A stretch of 64,000 bases of DNA. Origin: Candidatus Cybelea sp. Lineage in GTDB: Bacteria; Vulcanimicrobiota; Vulcanimicrobiia; Vulcanimicrobiales; Vulcanimicrobiaceae. Position numbers and translations under genes: made by a program. How positions within the stretch are numbered: the stretch's first letter is position 1; each line of letters opens with the position of its first letter. The stretch covers positions 20,097 to 84,096 of the forward strand of contig DATGGV010000022.1 in assembly GCA_035308305.1 (NCBI GenBank). Reading direction: 5' to 3'. Positions 35,907 through 46,054 of the stretch are shown here, one piece after another. The notes under the pieces were generated by a model. It saw only the letters and a list, made by a program, of their open reading frames with translations, made no database searches and had not been told where the DNA came from.

Positions 35907-37307
35907 CTACTGCGCGCCCTCGCCGTTCCAGATGATGCCGCCGGGAAGAATCTCCGGCGCGTGCGGGTTCTGGCGAAAATCGAAGTCCTTTCGCAGGTCA
36001 CCTAAGATCGAAACGTTCTCACGCACGGTAGGGCGCCGATCTGGCCTCCCGTCGGTTTGCGGATCGATGCGTTGCCCGGCGAGAAAGTCGTCTTCGATGA
36101 ACTTGAGGTAGGCGTCGTGGCTAAGCGTCTGGTGGTCGATGAAGCCGCGGCGCGCGTAGGGGCTGATCACGATTCCAGGCACACGAAGGCCATAGCCGTT
36201 CTCATCGACGTGTGGCGGGACGACGTGATCGTAGAAACCGCCCCAATCGTCCCAGCTCACGAAGATCGCGGTGCTCCTCCAATCCGGGCTGCGCATGAGT
36301 GCGTTGATGAGCCCGGTGACGTAGGCCTGACCGCGGCTAACGAGACCCGGCGGATGTTCGCTATACGGTCCCGCAGGTGCGATCCACACCACGCTGGGCA
36401 GCGTGCCGTTGGCCGCGGCTGCATAAAAATCGCGCAAGTCGCGAATGTTGCCCAACTCACCATCGCGCTTAACGGTATCGAAGAAGGGCAGCGGATTCCA
36501 TATGCCCGGCGTGTTGGCTTTTTGCTGTACCGGGCCGCAGTCTTCTTGGCCGTCGGCGCAGTCCGGTTCGTTTCCACGCATGACGTAGTAAGCCCAGCTG
36601 ACGTGATGCGCGTGTAACAGGTAGGTCAGATCGGTCCATGCGTAGTCGGGCCGGCCCGGGCCGGGAAGCTTGAAGCGCGGGTTGGCGGAACGGAAATCCG
36701 GCGGAAAATCGGGTGACTCCGGCTCGTTGAGGCAACTCATGGGATTGCCGATCTGCTTGCACCACGCCGACCACCCGGAGACCATGAAGAGGTGCTGCGG
36801 TAAACTCCACGACGCAATTTGCTCGAAAAGGCGATCCTGGAGCACGAAATCGTGCGCATACTTCCAGTAGTTTCGTAGTTCGCGTCCGTCGTGGTATCCC
36901 ATCACCTCGATCGTGCCCCCGCAGTTGGGCGCATCGGGATCCCGGCATACGCGGCGCCGCTTGCGCTGCGCGGCCCTCACGAAGCCGTCCATCCTTCCGC
37001 CGTCGACGTCGGTAATCGCCGCACCCACGTTGTGCGGGCCGCCCCGATTGAGGTCCCCGGAATCGTGGTAGGGTCGAACGCACGCCCCGGCCGGGGCGGG
37101 AACGCAGACCGTCGGAACGCCGTTGCTCATCGGAATGCCGTCCGCCCCGGGAAACGTTCCAAAATAGGTATCGAACGAGCGGTTCTCTTGCATGATGATG
37201 ACGATGTGGCGAATCTTGTGGATCGGGTCTCCGCTCTGGGAGCGCGCGGGAGAAGTCCCCAGCGCCAGCACGAGCGCCAGGATGAAACGGCTATACCGCA
37301 ACGGCAA
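35907..37307 (-). CDS. Phosphoesterase-family protein (non-haemolytic phospholipase C / AcpA type), secreted
   Basis: 466 aa with a signal peptide. '[26 protein letters not shown]' is the family signature. Confidence 0.85.
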   Translation of the reverse strand: MPLRYSRFILALVLALGTSPARSQSGDPIHKIRHIVIIMQENRSFDTYFGTFPGADGIPMSNGVPTVCVPAPAGACVRPYHDSGDLNRGGPHNVGAAITDVDGGRMDGFVRAAQRKRRRVCRDPDAPNCGGTIEVMGYHDGRELRNYWKYAHDFVLQDRLFEQIASWSLPQHLFMVSGWSAWCKQIGNPMSCLNEPESPDFPPDFRSANPRFKLPGPGRPDYAWTDLTYLLHAHHVSWAYYVMRGNEPDCADGQEDCGPVQQKANTPGIWNPLPFFDTVKRDGELGNIRDLRDFYAAAANGTLPSVVWIAPAGPYSEHPPGLVSRGQAYVTGLINALMRSPDWRSTAIFVSWDDWGGFYDHVVPPHVDENGYGLRVPGIVISPYARRGFIDHQTLSHDAYLKFIEDDFLAGQRIDPQTDGRPDRRPTVRENVSILGDLRKDFDFRQNPHAPEILPGGIIWNGEGAQ

Positions 37308-38244
37308 TCAGTCCTCCGCGAAATGCCATCGTCGCCGCTCCGACTTGCCCGGCGTCGTTGCCGAGCGAAGCGATGACAATCTGCGTTGTACCTTTGGGAA
37401 CCATCGTCGTCAGCGCGTCGGCGCGCGGCCGCACGGCGTCGATCATAAAGTCACCGGCGGTCGAGACGCCGCCGCCGATCGCGATCTTCTCGGGATTGAC
37501 GAACGCGATTAAGTTCGCCAAGCCGATGGCAAGATCGCCGATGAAGTTATTCCAAGCAGCCAGAGCGTGAGCGTCGCCGGCCTGCGCCGCCTTGCGAATC
37601 TTTTTGGAGCTGAGCTTGTCAGGCGCGGCGTCGAGCAGCAAACTGCGTGGAAAGGACGGCGCGACGGCAAAAGCATGGCGGATCAGCCCGGTGCCCGAGG
37701 CCTGAGCCTCGAAGCAGCCGATCTTTCCGCAGCCGCAGACGAACCCGTCGGTAGGCCGGATCTGATGGTGGCCGAACTCGCCGGCGCCCCAGCGGTGTCC
37801 GAGCAGCAGCTTGCCTGCGCCGACGATGCCGCCGCCGATTCCGGTTCCCAAGGTCAGGAGCGCGAAGTCTTTACACCCCGCGCCGCTGCCGAACGTGAAC
37901 TCGCCTAGCGTCGCACAGCGGGCATCGTTGCCGACGAAGACCGGCAGCGCAAACTTGTTGCGCAGCGCGTCCCCCAGCGGCACGTTCTCCCAGCCGAAGT
38001 TCGGACTGTATAGCACGGAACCGGACGCGGCATCGATGTTGCCGGGCGAGCCGATTCCGATCCCCACCGCGTTTCCCGCATCTTTGAGCGCCTGTTCGAC
38101 CACGGCTTCGATCGCCGCGACCACCGCCTCGAAGCGAAGGTCTTCGAGATCCTCTTCATGTTGGGTGTGGATCGCTCCGTCATCGGTAACGACCGCAGCC
38201 GCTACATGGGATGCACCGAGGTCGATGCCGATAGCCGTTCGCAT
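37291..38244 (-). CDS. glk: ROK-family glucokinase
   Basis: 317 aa. '[15 protein letters not shown]', '[11 protein letters not shown]' and the ROK zinc motif '[15 protein letters not shown]'. Confidence 0.85.
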   Translation of the reverse strand: MRTAIGIDLGASHVAAAVVTDDGAIHTQHEEDLEDLRFEAVVAAIEAVVEQALKDAGNAVGIGIGSPGNIDAASGSVLYSPNFGWENVPLGDALRNKFALPVFVGNDARCATLGEFTFGSGAGCKDFALLTLGTGIGGGIVGAGKLLLGHRWGAGEFGHHQIRPTDGFVCGCGKIGCFEAQASGTGLIRHAFAVAPSFPRSLLLDAAPDKLSSKKIRKAAQAGDAHALAAWNNFIGDLAIGLANLIAFVNPEKIAIGGGVSTAGDFMIDAVRPRADALTTMVPKGTTQIVIASLGNDAGQVGAATMAFRGGLIAVAV

Positions 38245-38306
38245 GGGTCGGCTCTTTTGATATCGGCGAAGGCCGTACCCGCAAGACGCGGGAATCGAAG
38301 AAGCCT

Positions 38307-38991
38307 TATGGAGACGATCGACCTCACCGCGTTACGAAACTATAGTCGCCGCACCGGGCAAGCGACGCACCCGGATTTGCTCGACGCCCGCCCGCTCGAG
38401 CACGTCAACAAGATCGAAATCGACGAAGAGCACATTACGATGGAGTACGACGAAAAGATCACTCGCTTTTACAATGCGAACGAGATCACCCATCGCGAGT
38501 GGATCTACAAATACAACGACGATCCCGAATTCGTCGCGGCGGTCGGCAAAGTGATCGAGCTGGCCCGCAGGCACCTCAAGGACCTGCCTGAGAACATCGC
38601 CTGCCCGCCGGGTTGCGCGGAGTGCTGCAGCGGTTACGAGCCCTTCGTGAGCAAAGCCGACGTCGCGCGCATTGCCGCTCACCTTGGAATGAGTTACGAG
38701 GAGACGCTGCGGCAATACGTCGTCGAGCGTCCGTCGGCCGACGGCTTTCACGTCGGATGGCTCCGCAAAGTCGGCGACGACCTCGCCGACCAATGCGTCT
38801 TTCTCATGGGGTCGCGCAGCGGCCGGCACTACTGCGGCATCTACGAAGGACGCCCGCACGACTGCCGCGATTTCACGCCCATCGGATGCGGCGACGTCGA
38901 TACGGAGTTGCCGCGGAAGACGTCGTGGAAGGTCGGACCGGCGTTCCAGCCTAAACGGCGCGGGCGCGGTCCCAACGGCAAACGGCTTTGA
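38307..38991 (+). CDS. YkgJ-family (UPF0153) cysteine-cluster protein
   Basis: Start at ATG 38307. 'CPPGCAECCSGYEP' is the CxxxCxxCC motif, with a second 'C..F..G....HYCGIYEGRPHDCRDF'. Confidence 0.7.
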
Positions 38992-41894
38992 TGCTCGCCG
39001 CGCTGGCCGTTACGGCGGCGCTCTACCAGGGGATGCATTGGCGGTTCGTCGGGCCGCTGCGCGGCGGACGCACCGTCGCCATCGACGGGGTGGCGGACGA
39101 GCCGAACCTCTTCTACATCGCGGCGGTTAACGGCGGCATTTGGAAGAGCGACGACGCGGGACGCACTTGGAGGCCGATCTTCGACGGCGAGCCGACCGGC
39201 TCGATCGGCGCGCTTGCGGCAGCGCCGAGTAACCCGCGGGTCGTCTACGCGGGCAGCGGCGAGGGCCTGCAGCGGCCCGACCTCGCAGTCGGCGACGGCA
39301 TGTATAAGTCGACCGACGGCGGCGATACGTGGACGCACCTCGGCCTGCGCGACGGCCAGCAGATCGCTTCGATTGCCGTCGATCCGAAGGACGCAAACCG
39401 TCTCTTCGTTGCCGTTCTCGGCCATCCGTACGGTCCCAACGCGCAACGCGGCGTCTATCGCTCGCTCGACGGCGGCGCGACCTTCACGCAGGTGCTCTAC
39501 AAAAACGAAAACGTCGGCGCTTTCGGCGTGACCCTCGACCCCAACGACCCCAACCTCGTTTATGCCACGCTTTGGGCGGCTCGCCAGGCGCCGTGGGAGA
39601 TCGGTGCCTCCTTCGAGATGCCGGGAAGCGGAGTCTTCAAATCGAGTGACGGCGGCACGAGCTGGACGCAGTTGACTGCAGGCCTGCCCGCGCGCGTCGG
39701 GCGCTGCGAAGTATCCGTCGCACCCAGCGACTCGCGGGTCGTTTATGTTTACGCGGACGTCGAAGCGAAGGGCGACGACGCGGGCGCGCTCTATCGCAGC
39801 GATGACGCCGGCGCTCACTTCACCTTGGTCAACAATGCCGACGAGATCGCGCAGCGCGGCGACGACCTCATCTCGCTGGCGGTCGATCCAACGAACGCGC
39901 AGATCGTCTACCTCACGAACACCTCAACCTATCGTTCCACCGATGGCGGAAAGACGCTCGTCGCAATCAAAGGCGCGCCCGGCGGCGACGACTATCATAC
40001 CGTTTGGATCAACCCGCGCAACCCAAAGATCGTCGCCTTGGCCAGCGATCAAGGGGCAACGATCAGCGTAGATGGCGGCACAACGTGGAGCTCTTGGTAT
40101 AATCAGCCGACGGCCCAGATGTATCACGTCAATGCCGACGATCGCTTCCCGTACTGGGTTTGCGGCGGTCAGCAGGAGAGCGGCTCGGCGTGCGTGATCA
40201 GCCGCGGCAACTGGGGCGAGATAACGGAGCGTGACTGGCATACCGTCGGCGCTCAAGAGTACGGCTACGTCGTCCCCGATCCGCTGCACCCCGGCATCAC
40301 CTTCGGGGGCAAGCTCGAAAAGCACGACGAGCGCACCGACCAGACCCAAGAAGTCTCGCCGATCGCGTTGCCCTCCAAGCGGTACCGCACCGTGCGCACC
40401 GAACCCGTCGGCTTCGACCATTTCGACCGGCGTCGTCTGTATTTCGGTGCGAACGTCGTCTTCGCAACCGATGACGGCGGCCAAAGCTGGCACGCCATCA
40501 GTCCCGACCTGACGCGCGCGCACCCAGCGATTCCCGCGGTACTCGGGCCGTTCGCAAGCGACGACCCGTCGCACGGCAATCATCGCGGCGTCGTTTACGC
40601 GCTGGCACCGTCGTACGTGCACCGCGGAACGATCTGGGCGGGAACGGACGACGGTCTCGTGTGGATCACCCGTAATGCTTTTGCAGGTTCGGTACAGGCT
40701 CGGTGGACGAATATTACGCCGCCCGACCTGACCCCGTGGAGCAAGGTTTCGCAGATCGACGCCTCTCGCTTCGACGACGCGACCGCCTTCGTCGCGGTCA
40801 ATCGCTTTCGTCTCGACGACTTGCGCCCGTACGTCTACGTGACGCGCGACGGCGGACGAACGTGGAAACTCTGCGTTAACGGTTTGCCGGACCAACCGGT
40901 CAACGCGGTTCGCCAAGATCAAAAAACTCCGAACCTGCTCTATGCGGCAACCGAAAACGGCGTCTACGTTTCGTTCGATGATGCAGCGACCTGGCAACCG
41001 TTGCAGAACGATCTGCCGCGCACCTCGGTACGCGACATCATCGTGCACGACAACGATTTGATCGTCGCAACGCACGGGCGCGGCTTCTGGATTCTCGACG
41101 ACGTCGAGCCGCTGCGCGAACTGGCCTCCGTCGACCCCAGCGTGCGTAACGCCGGCAATGCGTATCTCTTCGCGCCCGAGCGCGCTTACCGCGTGCGCCG
41201 CAGCACCAACACCGACACCCCGCTTCCACCGGAAGAACCGATGGGTGAGAACCCGCCCGACGGCGCGATCGTCGATTACGAGCTCAACCATCCCGCAAAG
41301 CGGGTCGTCCTCTCGTTCTACGACGACAAACGGCAGCTCGTTCGCCGGTTCTCCAGTGAAGACGCCGCGCCGTCGCCGATTCCCCATCTCGACAAACCCA
41401 CGTATTGGGAGCGCGCTTTCGTCAAGCCCTCGACGGGCACCGGAATGCATCGCTTCGTCTGGGATCTGCGTGAGGCGCCGCCTGCGGCCGACCAAGATCT
41501 GCCGATCTCCGCCGTCCCGCGCGACACACCGCGCACCCCGCAAGGACCGCTCGTCATCCCGGGTCGCTACCTGGTCAGCCTTGACGTCGACGGCCACGTG
41601 ATGGAAAGCATGGTCGACGTGGTCATGGATCCGCGCGTCGTCATCTCGAACGAAGCCCTCAAAGCACAATACCTCCTGGCTGCGCAGCTGACGTCGCTGG
41701 CGAACAAGAGCTACGATGCCGCCGCAAAAGCGGGGAAGAACGCCGCTGCAGCCGCCGTCTTTATCAAGATCAACGAAGCTGCCGCAGCCTTGCTTGATAC
41801 CGTCGACGGTGCCGATGCACCGCCGACGCAGCAAGCCACGGCCGGGGTGCGGACCCTCGAGCAGCAGTTCGACGCGCTCGAACCCGTGCGGTAG
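38988..41894 (+). CDS. BNR/Asp-box repeat, sortilin (VPS10)-like double-propeller protein
   Basis: 968 aa. Repeated Asp-boxes: 'SDDAGRTW', 'STDGGDTW', 'SLDGGATF', 'SSDGGTSW', 'STDGGKTL', 'SVDGGTTW', 'TDDGGQSW' and 'TRDGGRTW'. The start is TTG 38988 or ATG 38991, overlapping the upstream stop. Confidence 0.8.
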   Translation: MMLAALAVTAALYQGMHWRFVGPLRGGRTVAIDGVADEPNLFYIAAVNGGIWKSDDAGRTWRPIFDGEPTGSIGALAAAPSNPRVVYAGSGEGLQRPDLAVGDGMYKSTDGGDTWTHLGLRDGQQIASIAVDPKDANRLFVAVLGHPYGPNAQRGVYRSLDGGATFTQVLYKNENVGAFGVTLDPNDPNLVYATLWAARQAPWEIGASFEMPGSGVFKSSDGGTSWTQLTAGLPARVGRCEVSVAPSDSRVVYVYADVEAKGDDAGALYRSDDAGAHFTLVNNADEIAQRGDDLISLAVDPTNAQIVYLTNTSTYRSTDGGKTLVAIKGAPGGDDYHTVWINPRNPKIVALASDQGATISVDGGTTWSSWYNQPTAQMYHVNADDRFPYWVCGGQQESGSACVISRGNWGEITERDWHTVGAQEYGYVVPDPLHPGITFGGKLEKHDERTDQTQEVSPIALPSKRYRTVRTEPVGFDHFDRRRLYFGANVVFATDDGGQSWHAISPDLTRAHPAIPAVLGPFASDDPSHGNHRGVVYALAPSYVHRGTIWAGTDDGLVWITRNAFAGSVQARWTNITPPDLTPWSKVSQIDASRFDDATAFVAVNRFRLDDLRPYVYVTRDGGRTWKLCVNGLPDQPVNAVRQDQKTPNLLYAATENGVYVSFDDAATWQPLQNDLPRTSVRDIIVHDNDLIVATHGRGFWILDDVEPLRELASVDPSVRNAGNAYLFAPERAYRVRRSTNTDTPLPPEEPMGENPPDGAIVDYELNHPAKRVVLSFYDDKRQLVRRFSSEDAAPSPIPHLDKPTYWERAFVKPSTGTGMHRFVWDLREAPPAADQDLPISAVPRDTPRTPQGPLVIPGRYLVSLDVDGHVMESMVDVVMDPRVVISNEALKAQYLLAAQLTSLANKSYDAAAKAGKNAAAAAVFIKINEAAAALLDTVDGADAPPTQQATAGVRTLEQQFDALEPVR

Positions 41895-41934
41895 TTCGCG
41901 AGGGCCGAGCGGGCGAACGCAGAACCGCTCGCCT

Positions 41935-42345
41935 ATGCAAATAATTATCTCGTTGCTCACAATCCTCGCCATCAACGGGGGCTACGCCGCACCTGCGGGC
42001 GCGACCAGCACGCTCACCGTCAAGCTTAACGCGCAAAATGGTTCGGGAGAGAACGGAACCGCCACGCTGACACAAGCTAATGGGGCCGTGAAGGTTGTGA
42101 TTGCAATTCCCAAGGGACCGGCCGGGCCTCAGCCCGCGCACATCCACGACGGAACCTGCGCGGGCATTCAGGGCATCGCCTACGGGCTCAAGAGCGTCGC
42201 GAACGGCGCCTCAACGACGACGATCAAGGGCATTACGATCAACCAGCTATTGGCGGGCAAGTACGCGATCAACGTCCACCAGAGCACGTCGAATCTCGGC
42301 AAGTACGTCTCCTGCGGCAATATCGTCAAACCGAAGTCGATGTAA
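41935..42345 (+). CDS. Small secreted Cu,Zn-SOD-like / CHRD-like protein
   Basis: Start at ATG 41935. 136 aa with a signal peptide. 'PAHIHDGTC', 'INVH' and 'YVSCGNI' echo the SodC motifs HxH...GxC, VH and ACGVI, but only 3 His residues are present. Confidence 0.4.
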   Translation: MQIIISLLTILAINGGYAAPAGATSTLTVKLNAQNGSGENGTATLTQANGAVKVVIAIPKGPAGPQPAHIHDGTCAGIQGIAYGLKSVANGASTTTIKGITINQLLAGKYAINVHQSTSNLGKYVSCGNIVKPKSM

Positions 42346-42358
42346 GCCGTTCGGGATC

Positions 42359-43117
42359 GTGTCGACGCTGAAGGTCCGCGCCCTATGGTTGGGCCTCGCC
42401 CCGCTAGTGCTGTTGGCGCCGTTGCGGGCTTACGGCGCCGATACGACACCGGAACGCACGCTCGTCTATAACTTCTCGTGGTCAATGGATCAGGTCGTAT
42501 CCGCCGGCGGAACGGACTCGGAGTCCACTTCGGTCAACTGGTCGACCGCGCCGATGGACATGCGGTATTACGGGAACGCCGTGAACTCCAAGGGCACGAT
42601 AACGGCAGAGATCATGGGGACACAGCCCGACGGCGGTGTGATCGTGAGCATCGTCATGGAGGGACAGAACGTTCCCGCGATGTCTCCGGCAACGTGCGTG
42701 GCCTACGGGAATACGGCCGTTATTTGCGATCCGAATAAGAGCGTCTACGGCGCGGAGTTCACCCTCCTGCGCTTTCTCGGCTCCAACTTCGTGGATCCAA
42801 ACCGGCTCGATGCCAGTAAACACTGGCGTCTATCGCACGATTACGGCGATCGAGTCGAACAAGCCGATTACACGATCGGCGGCAGCAGCGGCAGCACGAT
42901 ACAAATCGGTGAAACTCGGAAAGTCGAGGAGACCACCGGACGCAAGAGCACGTCGAACGTCGACACGAAGATCGGATATGACGTTAGCCGATCCGTTCCG
43001 GTCTCCGTCCAGGAATACGTGACGACCCGCGGTGACAACGGGGATGCCGGCTTCTCCAAGTCGACCTATCAAACGACCTTGGACCTTGCCAGCGATACGA
43101 TGGCAAAGGCGCCCTAG
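42359..43117 (+). CDS. Hypothetical secreted protein
   Basis: GTG start at 42359 ('VSTLKVRALWLGLAPLVLLAPLRAYG|AD' signal peptide). No recognisable family. Confidence 0.45.
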   Translation: MSTLKVRALWLGLAPLVLLAPLRAYGADTTPERTLVYNFSWSMDQVVSAGGTDSESTSVNWSTAPMDMRYYGNAVNSKGTITAEIMGTQPDGGVIVSIVMEGQNVPAMSPATCVAYGNTAVICDPNKSVYGAEFTLLRFLGSNFVDPNRLDASKHWRLSHDYGDRVEQADYTIGGSSGSTIQIGETRKVEETTGRKSTSNVDTKIGYDVSRSVPVSVQEYVTTRGDNGDAGFSKSTYQTTLDLASDTMAKAP

Positions 43118-43146
43118 GAGTCTCTCGGACTCCCTAGCGGAGTTTT
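43114..43146 (+). terminator. Hairpin terminator candidate between convergent genes
   Basis: ctaggagtc-tctcg-gactcc(c)tag (9 bp with one bulge) followed by cggagttttc. Confidence 0.35.
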
Positions 43147-44094
43147 CTAGGATCCCGGACCGGTGTTGCCGCCGCTGATGATGACGCCGATTCGTTTGCC
43201 TTCCAGCACCGGGATTCGGCGCTGCATGAGCGCGGCCAACGGCGCCGCGCCGCTCGGCTCGATAACGATCTTCATACGCTCGAACGCAAAGCGCATGGCT
43301 TCAACCAGTTCGGCGTCGCTCACCGTGACGATTCCGCTTACGTGCTCGCGCGCGATCGCAAACGTCAGCTCGCCGGGCGAGGTGGTTCGCAGACCGTCGG
43401 CGATCGTCTCCGGCACCGGTATCGTAACCCGCCGGCCGGCGCTCAGCGATTGAGCAAAATCGTCGCCCGCATCGGGCTCGACGCCGTAGATCGCGATCTT
43501 TGGATCGATCGCGTGCGCGGCGATCGCCGTTCCCGATATGAGTCCGCCGCCGCCCACCGGCACCACGACCGCGTCGAGGCCGTCAATCGTTTCGAGCAGC
43601 TCCAACGCAGCCGTTCCCGCGCCGGCGGCGATGCGCTCGTCGTCGAATGGGGGCACCAGCGTCGCGCCGCGCTGGGCGGCGAGATTCGCGGCGATCTCTT
43701 CGCGGTGCGAGGTAGCGCGCTCGTAGGGGACGACCTCGGCGCCGTAACCCAGCGTCGCCTCCAGCTTCACGGCCGGCGCGTCGGTCGGCATCACGATGGT
43801 CGCCGGAACCCCGAAGATCCGCGCCGCGAGCGCGACGCCCTGCGCGTGATTGCCGCTAGAGAACGCAACGACGCCGCGCCGGCGCACCCCCTCGGGCAAC
43901 GACGCCAAGAAGTTGTACGCGCCGCGGAACTTGAAGGCGCCCATCCGCTGCAGGTTCTCGCATTTGAGAAAGAGCGTCGCATTCGCGCGCGCATTCAGGG
44001 TCGTGGAGTGCAGCACGGGCGTACGATGCGCGACGCCCGCCAGACGCTGCGCGGCCGCGCGGATATCGTCGAACGTCAAGAGCTTCGTGAGCAC
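43147..44094 (-). CDS. PLP-dependent threonine/serine dehydratase (serine-racemase-like fold type II)
   Basis: 315 aa with a GTG start. 'CENLQRMGAFKFRGAYN' contains the PLP lysine, followed by 'SSGNHAQGVA' and 'VGGGGLISG'. Confidence 0.85.
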   Translation of the reverse strand: MLTKLLTFDDIRAAAQRLAGVAHRTPVLHSTTLNARANATLFLKCENLQRMGAFKFRGAYNFLASLPEGVRRRGVVAFSSGNHAQGVALAARIFGVPATIVMPTDAPAVKLEATLGYGAEVVPYERATSHREEIAANLAAQRGATLVPPFDDERIAAGAGTAALELLETIDGLDAVVVPVGGGGLISGTAIAAHAIDPKIAIYGVEPDAGDDFAQSLSAGRRVTIPVPETIADGLRTTSPGELTFAIAREHVSGIVTVSDAELVEAMRFAFERMKIVIEPSGAAPLAALMQRRIPVLEGKRIGVIISGGNTGPGS

Positions 44095-44453
44095 TATTTC
44101 TCGACCATGTGGAACTGCAAGTCGACGACCTTATGGCTGTTGTTGAAGCGCATCTGCTCGACGTAGTCGTGCTTTTGAAACTTCACGTCGAAACAGCGCC
44201 ACCCCGGTTTGCATTTAACGGCCGTCTCCTTGACGGAGAGCAGCTTACCCTGCGCGCCGAGCTCGTCGGACCACTCCGCCACCTTCACCCGCGTCGTCGC
44301 GATGCCTTTGGCGATGTCGTTCCCCACCGGTTTCAAATCGTTGTTGATGACCGCCTGGGTGATGCGGTCCGCCTCGCGCTCGTCTCGATTCTGAAACGTG
44401 CAGCCGGCCAAACCGGCAACGGCGGCCGCGACGAGTAAAGATCGAACGATCAC
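44094..44453 (-). CDS. Small hypothetical lipoprotein
   Basis: GTG start at 44453, forming a GTGA overlap with the prfC stop. 'VIVRSLLVAAAVAGLAGC|T' lipobox. About 119 aa. Confidence 0.5.
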   Translation of the reverse strand: MIVRSLLVAAAVAGLAGCTFQNRDEREADRITQAVINNDLKPVGNDIAKGIATTRVKVAEWSDELGAQGKLLSVKETAVKCKPGWRCFDVKFQKHDYVEQMRFNNSHKVVDLQFHMVEK

Positions 44454-46054
44454 GATGCCAAAGCCTCCGCATCGCTCTCCGAAGAGAACTTCGTAAACGT
44501 CAGCTGGGGATTCCATTCGCGCGCGAGCCGAACGCTCCACTCGTTTTCGAAAAGCGCCGCCGCTCGACCGTTCCAATCTTCCACGAGCTTCGCATTGGAC
44601 GGCAGCTTCGCGTTCGCCAAGTGCTCGCGCTCGCCGTCCACGTAGAGCGCCAAGGAGTACGGCAGCGTCGAAACGATCGTTTTGACGCTGTACTCGGATT
44701 CCAAGCGATACTTTGCAACCTCGAACTGCAGCTCGCCGACCGCACCGAGAATCGGCTCGATCCGCGGCGTGCCCCATGAATAAAAAACCTGCACGGCCCC
44801 CTCCTCTCGCAGCTGCGAAATGCCTTTGCCGAACGACTTGTAGCCCGACACGTCGATGCTTCGCACCGAGGCGAAATGCTCGGGAGCAAAGGCTGGGATC
44901 GGCGGGAATGTAACGCGCGGGCCTTCGTAGAGCGAATCGCCGATCGCAAACGCGCCGGGGTTCACGAGACCGACGACGTCGCCGGCATACGCTACTTCCA
45001 GGGACTCGCGGTCGTCGGCGAAGAGCCGCATCGCCCTCGAGAGACGTACTTGGTCGCCGGTGCGGGCGTTGCGCACCGTCATGTCGCGCGCGAACTCGCC
45101 CGAACAGATGCGCACGAACGCAACGCGATCGCGGTGGCGCGGATCCATATTTGCCTGAATCTTAAAGACGAAGCCGGTGAAGGAAGCATCTTCCGGGCTG
45201 ACGCCCGCGCGCGCCACGGGCGGCGGCGCCATCGTAATGAAGTCGTCGAGAAAGAGCTGCACGCCGAAGTTGGTCACCGCGCTGCCGAAAAAGACCGGGG
45301 TCGTCGCGCCGCGCAGCATCGCGTCGCGGTCGAAGCGTTCGCCGGCGCCGTCGAGCAGCTCGATCGCGTCGCGGAATTGATGGTAGTCGTGATCGCTGAC
45401 CAGCGCGCGCAGCTGCGGGTCGCCGGCATCGGTCACCGCGACCGTCGCGCGCGTCGCGCCGTGGGCGGCGCGCTCGAAGAGATGCACGGCCTTCGTCCGG
45501 CGATCGTAGACGCCCTTAAAACTCTCGCCGCTTCCCAACGGCCAGTTGACGGGAAAGGCCCCGATTCCCAGCACGCTTTCGAGCTCGTCGAGCAGCTCGA
45601 GCGGATCGCGGCTTGGCCGGTCGAGCTTATTCATGAAGGTAAAGAGCGGAATTCCGCGCTCGGCGCAGATTGCGAAGAGTTTTTTGGTCTGCGGCTCCAC
45701 GCCTTTGGCGGCATCGATCAGCATCACGGCGCTGTCGGCGGCCAGCAGCGTTCGATACGTATCCTCGCCGAAGTCTTGGTGACCCGGCGTATCGAGAAGG
45801 TTGAGGGTGTGGCCGCCGTATTCGAACTGCAAAACGGTCGAGGTTATGGAGATGCCGCGCTCGCGTTCGAGCGCCATCCAATCGCTGGTTGCCTGGCGCT
45901 GGCGCTTGCGCGCCGAGACTTGTCCGGCGATATGGATGGCGCCGCCGTAGAGCAGCAGCTTTTCGGTCAACGTCGTTTTGCCGGCGTCGGGATGCGAAAT
46001 AATCGCAAAGGTGCGCCGTTTGCGTACCTCGTCGAGGATGGGGTTCTCCGTCAC
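44450..46054 (-). CDS. prfC: Peptide chain release factor 3 (GTPase)
   Basis: 534 aa with a GTG start. 'RRTFAIISHPDAGKTTLTEKLLLYGG', 'DTPGHQDF' and 'NKLD'. Confidence 0.95.
   Translation of the reverse strand: MTENPILDEVRKRRTFAIISHPDAGKTTLTEKLLLYGGAIHIAGQVSARKRQRQATSDWMALERERGISITSTVLQFEYGGHTLNLLDTPGHQDFGEDTYRTLLAADSAVMLIDAAKGVEPQTKKLFAICAERGIPLFTFMNKLDRPSRDPLELLDELESVLGIGAFPVNWPLGSGESFKGVYDRRTKAVHLFERAAHGATRATVAVTDAGDPQLRALVSDHDYHQFRDAIELLDGAGERFDRDAMLRGATTPVFFGSAVTNFGVQLFLDDFITMAPPPVARAGVSPEDASFTGFVFKIQANMDPRHRDRVAFVRICSGEFARDMTVRNARTGDQVRLSRAMRLFADDRESLEVAYAGDVVGLVNPGAFAIGDSLYEGPRVTFPPIPAFAPEHFASVRSIDVSGYKSFGKGISQLREEGAVQVFYSWGTPRIEPILGAVGELQFEVAKYRLESEYSVKTIVSTLPYSLALYVDGEREHLANAKLPSNAKLVEDWNGRAAALFENEWSVRLAREWNPQLTFTKFSSESDAEALAS

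Noticed and set aside
39924-41975. A 683-aa ORF on the minus strand, the longest unexplained ORF in the track.
   Set aside because: It lies entirely antisense to the BNR/sortilin-like gene, which has eight clear Asp-box motifs. Its own sequence is Arg/Gly/Ala/Val-rich with no motifs, which is a typical shadow ORF of high-GC DNA.
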